A stretch of 62,082 nucleotides of DNA, the filler included. It is 8 parts of 8 records of this genome, joined end to end, with 100 filler letters (N's around TTAATTAATTAA, not from the genome) between each part and the next. Parts side by side here need not be neighbours in the genome. Positions count along the whole stretch, not along the records: positions 54,389 to 62,082 come from SRR7504441_4654; 7 more parts are not named here. The stretch is one strand, 5' to 3'. Position 1 is the stretch's first letter. Every line of letters begins with the position of its first letter. Shown in pieces: positions 54,389-62,082 of the stretch. The position numbers and the translations under genes are program-made. The notes beneath the pieces are model-generated. The model saw nothing but the letters and a program-made list of their open reading frames with translations. It made no database searches and was not told the origin of the DNA.

Positions 54389-55599
54389 GATCGGCCGAAT
54401 GGTCCAGCAGCAATTGGACTACCTCCAGCCGTCCCTGCGAGGCCGCCGTGTGCAGCGGCAGGCTGGGCGGGTTCCCAGCCGGCATGTTGGGGTCGGCGTT
54501 CGCCCTGAGGAGCATCATGAGTACTTCCTCTGGCAGTTGGTGGTTGAGCGCCACCGACAGCGGTGTGTTGCCTGGCTCGCCGGCTCAGCGCAGCCGATCA
54601 GCCCAAGCGAAGCCACCTGTTTCGTCTCTGAAATTGGGGTCGGCGCCATCTGAGAGCAGCATGCGCATCAGGCTCACGTCTTGCTCAGGCAGCGCCGAGC
54701 GAAGCAGGATAGACCCCAGCACCTGCCCTCCGCCTCGGCGTATTCTCACAGGAGCTGACACACCTGCGGCGGCGGCGTGGCTTGCCGATGCCGCCGGCCC
54801 AGAATCCCGCTCGCCCCCCCGGCTCGTATCTGTTCCCTTTCGATCTTGGTCGGAGGATCGCCATTCGTCCATTCGACCAGGTAGCTCCCGTCACCGTAAT
54901 CGTGCGAAATCACGCTCTCAAAGTACCGCCCGGTGCGCGAGCGGGCCTGGACCGTCTCCCCGACCTCGAGCTCGGGGGTCACGGTCCGCGGGGCCATCTC
55001 CTTGTAGCTGCAGGCGCAAGCTCAAAAGCAGCCCAGTTAGCCAGCCGGTCGCCTGGCCTTTTCCTCTTCCGGAATCGCGGAAAAGCACGTATCGCACAGG
55101 TCAAAGTCGTAACGGATGAGCGACTTCCACCGCTTGCCCTTGACCGGGGCCACGCCGCACTGGTCGCAGGTGACCCCTTGGTGGATTAGCGGCCTTGCCC
55201 CGGCAGCCCTCCGCGGCCTTGACGTGTCAAACAGTCGCCTGGACTGCAGGCTCAGGCAACAAGCACGGCTAGGCCAGCTGAGGCTCGGCACGCCCACTTA
55301 CCGAGAGAGGGCGGCGGTCAGATCGAGGAGGTGGCTGCTCTGGTACACTGGCACCTTGGTTCGGGCGCTCCGTTGCAACGCTTCGGGGACAAGCCTGTGC
55401 CGGCGCCGATCAGCCCGTCGGCAGGGCCGAGCCCCGGCCACCTGCACAGCGCCTCGAGCACTTCGGGCGAGTCGAGCCGATGGGCGACCCGCTTGGCGGC
55501 CGCTTTGTGCGCCGACCGGGTGGCCTCGGTGGGCTCCAGTGAGAGCAAGTCCAAGTCCGGGTCGGCTGGCTTGGCTGGGGGCGGCTCGTCCACCTCCAT
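54389..55599 (-). CDS. ZZ zinc finger + Tudor-like + ankyrin-repeat protein; 3'-truncated
   Basis: IHQGVTCDQCGVAPVKGKRWKS...FDLCDTC. VGETVQARS..YFESVI...GSYLVEW. LLSDGADPN, LPLHTAASQGRLEVVQLLL. Confidence 0.78.
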
Positions 55600-55762
55600 C
55601 GACCGCGGCGATGGGCTTCCCTAGCGGTCGGCGGGCGGGCCTGGAAGCCGGGCAATGTGCACCAAGGCCTTCCCTCAGAGCTCTTCCAACAAGAGTGAAG
55701 ACGTGCAAGACGGCAGCCAGGCCTTGACAGGCCCGGGGCGCTACTGTGGACCTTGCACTGTG

Positions 55763-56572
55763 ATGGCCCAGGGCCATGCGGCGGGGCTGGTGGTGGTATT
55801 TGACTTCGACTGGTCGCTGATCGGGGCCAACAGCGACGTGTGGGTGGTGGAGCGGCTCAGGCCCGAGCTGATGCCAAGGTTCGGCCAGCTATCCGGCCGG
55901 ATGGGCTGGACCCAGACTATGGACACGATCATCGGCGAGCTCTCGCAGGCCGGAGTCACCCGACAGGAGCTGGAGCGCTGCGTGGCAGCGGTGCCCTTCA
56001 GTGACGCCGTCCGAGCGAGCCTGTCCGCCCTGTGCGACGCAGGCTGCACGCTGTGCGTGCTCTCTGACGCGAACCAGTGCTTCATCGAGACCATGCTCCA
56101 GGCCAACGGGATCAGGCACCTGTTCGCCGACGTCCTGACCAACTTCTCCGAGTTTGAGGACAGCGGCCGGCTCCGGGTGCGGCCTTACGTGGATCCTGCC
56201 GCGCCGCACCGGTGCCCGCTATGCCCGGACAATCTCTGCAAGGGAGCAGCCCTGGCCGAGCAGCTCGGGCGGATGGATGTGCCCGAGCGCAGCCGGATTG
56301 TGTACATTGGCGACGGCTCGGGCGACTTCTGCCCGTGTGCCCGGCTTGGCTCGGAGGACTTGGTTCTGGCGCGGGTGCCGCTGGGCGACAAGCGCTCGGC
56401 CGAGGCTGCCCCCAGTCGTTTTGGGCTAATCGATCGAATCGGGCGGACAGACCTGGTGGATGCGGCCGGCGCGGCGGCGCGGGTGGTGGCGGAGGTGCGC
56501 CGCTGGAGAGACGGGGAGGAGCTCGCGGAGGAGCTGCAACGGGTGGCGTCGAGCCAGTCGGGCGCGGGATGA
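55763..56572 (+). CDS. PHOSPHO1/2-type HAD phosphatase (pyridoxal-phosphate/phosphoethanolamine)
   Basis: VVFDFDWSLIGANSD, LSDANQCFIE, CPLCPDNLCKG, VYIGDGSGDFCP. Confidence 0.92.
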   Translation: MAQGHAAGLVVVFDFDWSLIGANSDVWVVERLRPELMPRFGQLSGRMGWTQTMDTIIGELSQAGVTRQELERCVAAVPFSDAVRASLSALCDAGCTLCVLSDANQCFIETMLQANGIRHLFADVLTNFSEFEDSGRLRVRPYVDPAAPHRCPLCPDNLCKGAALAEQLGRMDVPERSRIVYIGDGSGDFCPCARLGSEDLVLARVPLGDKRSAEAAPSRFGLIDRIGRTDLVDAAGAAARVVAEVRRWRDGEELAEELQRVASSQSGAG

Positions 56573-56683
56573 CAAGGGTTCTCATGTATAAGTATAGGAC
56601 TGGATTAATGTTGTAGATTTTACTCAACCGACTAATGTTGTGGGCTCTTACGATCATGAGTGCGCGGTGTCGGGGTTTTATCA

Positions 56684-57637
56684 TTATAACCCTTTGTTGA
56701 AGAAGACCGTGCCGCCTGCGGGCACCCGCTCACTGATCTCCGGCTCAAGATCCGCTGCCTTGAGTGTGATCACTTCCGGGAACAGCGCAATCGTGATAGG
56801 GAACGTGAAAGCGAACGACGCCACAGTGACCAGCGCCTGCATCGGGAAAGCCGCCTTTGGCACAGCCCGGAACAGTCCGGTCCTCTCAATCCCCATCAGG
56901 ACCACCGGCGCCAACACAAAGTTGCCCATCGGCAGCACCCACCGCGTCACGGTGGTCTGCCCGACCGCGTACGCCGCTGCCATTCGCGAGACTCCAACCT
57001 GCTGGTCAGGCTCCCCCGCTCGGACAGGGATCCCATTCTCAAGCTCCGCGCTACGCACCAGTATCGTGTTGGCCGTGTTGGCCGCCGCAGCCGCCGGGAG
57101 CGGCGCGAACCGCGAGTACCGCCGGAGGAAGGCCGACCGGGTGCTGGCGTGCCGGTAGGCCAGCACGATCCCGACGGCGGTGACCATGGCCCCTGCGTAG
57201 CCCTGGAGCAACCGCTGGAGGCTCTCGCCGCCCCGGTGGCCGCTGTTCATGTAGCACATCCCGGCAACGTGCGTCTGGTTCATCCAGTGGAAGAAGGTGA
57301 ACAGTGCGGCGCTCTCCGGCCGGTATCGGGCCGTCGAGAGTAACCCAAGCACCGGCACGGTGCCCACGTACGCCCACGAACTCACGCGAAAGTACCAGGC
57401 CAGCGCCCCACCGGTGGCCCGGTCCCCGGCCACCGCCACGGTGCGGGCGGCCCCCCAGAGCTCGGGATCGGAGGCGGCGGCCGGCCGTTTTAGCAGCTGT
57501 TGGGCGCGCTCGACTTGTATGGAGGTGATGAGCATGTTGGCCGGGTGGCAAAGGTCGTAGCAGTACGCGGCCCGGCCCGCGAAGCTGGTGTTGTCGTACA
57601 GGTCCTTATACGTCGCCCCCGCGAAGAACTGCCGCAT
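56684..57637 (-). CDS. Sideroflexin (mitochondrial tricarboxylate/serine carrier family)
   Basis: YDNTSFAGR, FRVSSW, FHWMNQTH, PLPAAAAAN..N..LVRSAELENGIPV, GVSRMAA, TVTR, PITIALFP, VFFNKGL. Confidence 0.9.
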   Translation of the reverse strand: MRQFFAGATYKDLYDNTSFAGRAAYCYDLCHPANMLITSIQVERAQQLLKRPAAASDPELWGAARTVAVAGDRATGGALAWYFRVSSWAYVGTVPVLGLLSTARYRPESAALFTFFHWMNQTHVAGMCYMNSGHRGGESLQRLLQGYAGAMVTAVGIVLAYRHASTRSAFLRRYSRFAPLPAAAAANTANTILVRSAELENGIPVRAGEPDQQVGVSRMAAAYAVGQTTVTRWVLPMGNFVLAPVVLMGIERTGLFRAVPKAAFPMQALVTVASFAFTFPITIALFPEVITLKAADLEPEISERVPAGGTVFFNKGL

Positions 57638-57728
57638 CCCTCTGGACCACCCAACCGGCACTCGCACGGCGACACTCGAGCAACAACGGCAGCGCTCGTC
57701 GGGGGACAGCGGAACAGACCGAAGTCGG

Positions 57729-58106
57729 ATGCCGTGGCTGGCGCACTTCCGGTGCGGCCAGAGCGTGGTCCCGGTGCGGGTGGCCGCCCCGGAGCACTGG
57801 CGGGGCTCGCCGCTCGGGCAGCAGCTGCTGGCGGCGCTCGGGCAGCTGGTCAGCCGGATCGCCTCAACTCAGCCTGCGGCCGGGCTTGGGTCGCTCAAGA
57901 GTCTCTACCCGGCCCCGGCCAACCTGTGCCGGCAGCTCGAGTTCTGCGACTTCGTGTACACAGTCCGCCCGCCAACCGAGCCGGCCTACCAGCTGCTCGG
58001 GCGGGATCCGGCCGCCGGGCGGTGCGACGCGTTCGTGCTGGCGCCGTTCAGCGTGTTTGTGGTGGCGGCGCCTAAGCCTAGCAGCAGTGACGGGTCGGTG
58101 ACCTAG
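57729..58106 (+). CDS. Small hypothetical protein
   Basis: 125-aa ORF divergent from the sideroflexin, with GC3-rich codons. Confidence 0.5.
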   Translation: MPWLAHFRCGQSVVPVRVAAPEHWRGSPLGQQLLAALGQLVSRIASTQPAAGLGSLKSLYPAPANLCRQLEFCDFVYTVRPPTEPAYQLLGRDPAAGRCDAFVLAPFSVFVVAAPKPSSSDGSVT

Positions 58107-58258
58107 AGCACGGCGGGCGGCTATAGATAGAAAGGACCTTTAGTGGCGTGGTGCAGCCGGTGCGGCTGTACGCGAGGTGTGTAGAAAGAAGCAACCAAAT
58201 GATCAATCGACTTTTCATAAAGCGTACGTATGATTCACTATACGCAGCACGCTAATAG

Positions 58259-60328
58259 CTATACACACGGCAGGTTGGGCAGGACAAACTGAGGCTCCGA
58301 CCCGGGCCTGAAGCTGAGCAGCGGCCACGACACCCGGCGGAGCAGCTCCACACTCAGCAAGTCCATCTGTGCATCGACCACCACCACTTGCACCGCCCGC
58401 ATCAGTTGCTGCCAGCCCTCCTCGCTCCGATCCACCCAGCCGAGCGGGTCCGGCACACTATTCCCGGGCCGGGCCGCCCGCTTGAGCGCCTGCGGTTGGC
58501 TCGGCAAGTCAGGCTGGCCGCACTCACCGAGCCTAGCTGGTGGGCCTCCCTCAGCCCTGCCGACGCCCGTGAGCGCGGCACGCCGGGCGCGCACCGGGGC
58601 TGCTCCCGGGGGCGAGCTGTGGCACGTGCTCCAGCAGTGTCTGCAGGCTGACGGTCCGCGTCACCGGCTCGCCGTGCACCGTGCACGTGGCCACTCTGCG
58701 CCTCCGTCGATGCCGGCACCGCCGCAGGGCTCACCCGCCCACCGGCGCGGGCCGGATGCAGAACCCGCCCAGCCCGAGCAGCGCGGCCGCCGGCTCGAGC
58801 AGCTGCAGCGCCGACGCGGGCGCCCAGTCTGCCAGGCCGGTCGGTTGGTACTCATGATGGTGGCACCGTCCAATAGGAGGACTCCGTCGTGATCGAGCTG
58901 ATCGAGCAACGGACAAAGGTCCACAGACCCGTGCAGCGCGCCCTCCCCGGGAGCCCCGCCCTCCACCGCCAGCCTGCCCGAGCTACCTACCCGCCCCCCA
59001 GCAGAGCGGCCCACGCTGTGCCTTTCTGCAGAGCCTCGACCAAACGCATCTGCGACCTTTGGACAGATAGCCGCACAAGCCTCACCACCGGCCGGCTGCC
59101 CGAGCGCTCAGCCGGCCAGCCTTGTCCGGCACCGGAGCGCGGCCAGCAGCTGCCCTAGCCGAGGGAACGGCGGCTCAACGATTAGAGTCACTCCGACGGA
59201 AATGCCCTCAAACTCGCCCAGCTTGTCCAGGCAGTGACCGAGCTGGGCCTCGGCCTCGGCCTCCGCCCCGGGCTCCACCAGCGCGCTGTCCGGCTGGATC
59301 AGCCCCCGGGATGGGCGTAGCTCGCCTGACTAGTGGGTGGACCCTCTGCTCTAGCAGCACCGAATCCTCTAACTGGCTCACCGCGCTCATCCGCTCATAT
59401 GTCAGCTGCCGGCCGTCGCCCGGGGCTCGACGGCCCGGCACCTCGAGGATCAGGCCGCTCTGGGCCGGGAGTGCGCCGAGAGCCTTGTGCACCTGCTCAA
59501 GGACTGAGCAGGCCCTAGTGCTCGGGGGCCTTAGCGTTGAGTGTAGCGAGGTCCGGAGCGAGACGTCCGTTGAGCTTGAGCAAGAACTGCTGGCCCCGCC
59601 CGGCGTACAGCCCGGCCGCCGCCGCGATGGTCCCGGCAAGCAGCTCGTCGGATATGAACCGGCCCCCGCTCCACAGGTCCGCCTCCACCGCCAGCGGCAG
59701 CAGCCGGGACTCCCCCGCCAGCCACTCCGCAGCCTCCGCCTCCCCCGGCTGGCGCATCGGCTCGCCTGCCACCCGATCCGCCGGCTGCCGGCCAGACCAA
59801 GCACCGAACGCCGCCTCAGCCCAGTGCGGCCGCCAAGGCTCGAGCCGGGCCGCTCGCACAGCCTGCCGAGGGCTCATCCAACGGACAGACAGCCGGCACC
59901 GCGCGGAACCGAGCCGGGTCCGAGCTGTAGAGCAGCCAGGATCGTCCGTGCTCCGGGCAGCTGCACAAGGCTCAGCCGCCAGCCGGCCGTGGGCCAGGCA
60001 CTCTGAGCGCAACCAGACGCGGCCACCGAGCTCGCGCGCACTGGCCGGTACCCAGCGGGGGGCTGCCTCAGGGTCAGCCCGAAGCGGGGCAGCCGGCGGA
60101 ACCTCCGTGCTGGAGCAGGCAGCGCGGGCAGGCGGCGGCGGTGGAGTAGATCACTTGGCTGGGCGGCGCCTGGCAGCTGGCGCAGAGCCGGGTGCGGGCG
60201 GGGCCGGTGGGCGGGGCGTGCTGGTCGCACAGGCTCAGTCCGCACCCGCGGCAGTGGTGCCGCCGACGGAACAGCCCGAAGTTCTTGCCGCATTCGCTGC
60301 AGCTCGAGCTGTTGGCCCACTCTACCAT
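58259..60328 (-). CDS. FYVE zinc-finger protein with uncharacterised C-terminal region (spliced)
   Basis: W..SSSCSECGKNFGLFRRRHHCRGCGLSLC...RLCASC. Downstream ORFs are joined by short introns including GC-AG 59493-59529 and 59286-59325. May be two genes. Confidence 0.65.
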
Positions 60329-60381
60329 CTCGAGTTCGGAGTTTCAACAAAATTCCGTTACTCTCACCCACCGGCCACCCG
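60329..60381. promoter_or_regulatory. Putative 53-bp bidirectional promoter containing TTCCGTTACT
   Basis: Lies between divergent ATGs 60328 (FYVE) and 60382 (LARP7). Motif at 60353-60362. Confidence 0.55.
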
Positions 60382-61819
60382 ATGAGCTCCAACCCGCTCG
60401 CCGGGCGGAAAAAGTCGACGGCGGCCCGGCTCCGGAGCCAGGTCGAGTTTTACTTCTCGCCGAGCAACCTGCGCCAGGACCGGTGCCCAGCCGGCCCGCC
60501 GGCTGGCCGACCCGCTGGCCAGCTTCCTGCAGCGCCAGCTGGCCGAGGCCGACGACCGGCACCTCCCGCTCGAAACCCTGGTCAAGTTCCGCCGGGTGGC
60601 GGCCATATCGGCCGATCTGTCCGTTATCCGGGCCGCGCTGGGCGGCTCCAAGATCCTCCAGGTCCTGTCCGGCGCCCCGGGCCCGCGAGCGGCCCACAGC
60701 TGAACTCGGCTGGGACCGGAGTGCGGCGGCGGCCGGACGCGGGGGACGGCGGCGCGGGGCCGCCCGGGCCGCGGACGATCTATCTGGTGCACGATGAGTC
60801 CGCTGTGGGCTCAGCTGGGTCGCAGGATAACTTGCCGGAAGGAGTGACGCACGAGGCCGTATTCGGAGAGGCGAGCAGGTGGCCAGCCGGCGCCGTGTTG
60901 GGGCAGCTCGGGCAGGCAAGGCGAGGTGCTGCACGTGAGCCTGCCGCGCCACGCGGACACCCGGGCGCCCAAGGTGGCCCGGTTGGGTGGTCGGGGGTGC
61001 GATTGGGTGCAGGGTTTTGGGTTTGTGGAATTTAAAAGTGAGGAGCAAGCCAAGGCGGCCGTAGCCGGGCTGCACGGGCACCAGATGGCCGGGGTGGTGC
61101 TTCAGGCCATGCTCAGGTCCCAGCCGAACACAGAGCTGCCTCCAGCCACACACACAGGTCTGAATGGGCAGAGCTGAAGCAAATGTACCTATCAGAGCAG
61201 CCGCAAGAGCCAGAGCCTGCAGACGAGCACCAGGCAGCGCGCTCCCGGCCTCGTCTCAGCCGGTGGCAGGGCTGCGTGCTCCGGCTGGAAGGAATCCCAA
61301 CGGATCTGCACAGCGCCGGGCTATCAAAAAAGAAGATCAGAGCCGCGCTGGGCGAGGCCGGTACAGTGGTGTATTTGGACCTCCAGCCTGGGAAGCCCAC
61401 GGTGCGTGCGCAGCCGGGCGGGGGCGAGCGGGGGGCAGGGGTACGTTAGGTTCGGGGCGAGCGAGGTGGCGGCCGAGGCAGCCAGGCTAGACCTGGCCGG
61501 GTCGCTCTCCGCTCCAGGAATGGTGGGCTGCGTGCTGTCAGGCGAGCTCAGAGCCGGCTCACCGGCCGAGCCCGGGCGGCCAGGCGAGGCGGAGGCCAAT
61601 TACTTGCGCAAGATGCAAGCGAAACAGAAGGAGGTCGGAGAGTATAAAAAGGCCAAGAGCCAGGAGAAGGTGCTTGGTAGGGAGGCTGCTCCTCATGGCT
61701 GCTCGCAGGCCGAGGCTAGAAACGGGGACGAGGAGAGCTCGGAACAGCCGTCAAAGCGGCAGAAGAAGAGCGACCCGAGCGCGAGTAGAAACACAACTGC
61801 AATGGCGGCTGACGATTGA
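60382..61819 (+). CDS. LARP7: La-related protein 7 (La motif, RRM1, xRRM)
   Basis: QVEFYFSPSNLRQDR|FL, RTIYL|DNLP, HVSLPR, K|GFGFVEF, EWAELKQMYL, GCVLRL, VVYLD, GYVRF, VLSG|EAEANY. VSLPR and EW..LK..YL favour LARP7 over genuine La. Confidence 0.8.
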
Positions 61820-62082
61820 TACTTGAAAATTCATAATGAAATACCAAAGACACATAGTGATAGACCTGAGGATAGAAAAAAGTCGTACGCGCGTACACGT
61901 AGCGTACACGTGTATGTACTCGTACGTTTACTTGTTTTAGATTATTCCGTATACACCGCTAGCTCTAACTTCCTTTCTGGAATGTACTCACCGGCGGTGT
62001 ACACGTTAGTAACACTAAGTACTTAAATCTTAGTTGATAATAAGCAGTTAGCTAACTAGTTAGCTAGAGGCGGTCAAGAATA

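Noticed and set aside
361-61583. Introner (transposon-derived) intron family, suggested by uniform length and CAGG(C) repeats at both junctions
   Set aside because: Intron bodies share no visible sequence similarity or terminal inverted repeats, and the junction repeats follow from the AG|G consensus at both sites. An all-versus-all intron comparison would be the decisive test.
130-61819. Stop-codon reassignment or programmed frameshifting to explain the broken ORFs
   Set aside because: Interruptions are resolved by short introns that restore conserved motifs. TGA (1743), TAA (6454) and TAG (28689) all serve as real terminators.
1-62082. rRNA, complete tRNA, CRISPR arrays, transposase, integrase or viral genes
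   Set aside because: None recognisable by eye. A covariance-model and HMM scan would be needed to exclude small or divergent ones.

Overview
This is eukaryotic nuclear DNA, not prokaryotic. It consists of eight contigs of a GC-rich, gene-dense protist genome joined by artificial 100-nt linkers (44 N + TTAATTAATTAA + 44 N). The six-frame ORF track is misleading because most genes are split by very short (mostly 35-48 nt), G-rich spliceosomal introns. Splicing by hand gives about 40 genes. These include ADAT1, TIMELESS, CFAP91 (so the organism has a motile flagellum), LARP7, a sideroflexin, an SCP2-type thiolase, a PHOSPHO-type phosphatase, a WW/OCRE/G-patch (ZGPAT-like) protein, a GYF-PIN nuclease, a thioredoxin-SGNH-methyltransferase fusion and several secreted polysaccharide-active enzymes. 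The strongest unusual signals concern gene-expression architecture. (1) About 18 of roughly 70 introns I traced use GC donors, always after an exonic AG and without the usual intronic compensation, and 10 of them lie in one splicing-factor-like gene. (2) Introns lack a polypyrimidine tract and have a near-fixed branch-point spacing. (3) 29 of 32 neighbouring gene pairs alternate strand, with 48-180 bp bidirectional promoters enriched for a Myb-like YAACGG motif. (4) AT-rich intergenic spacers carry a recurrent ATGATKGTAT motif and many 8-12 bp tandem duplications. Taxonomy cannot be fixed from this window. All gene models and family calls come from manual reading and motif recognition, not database searches.
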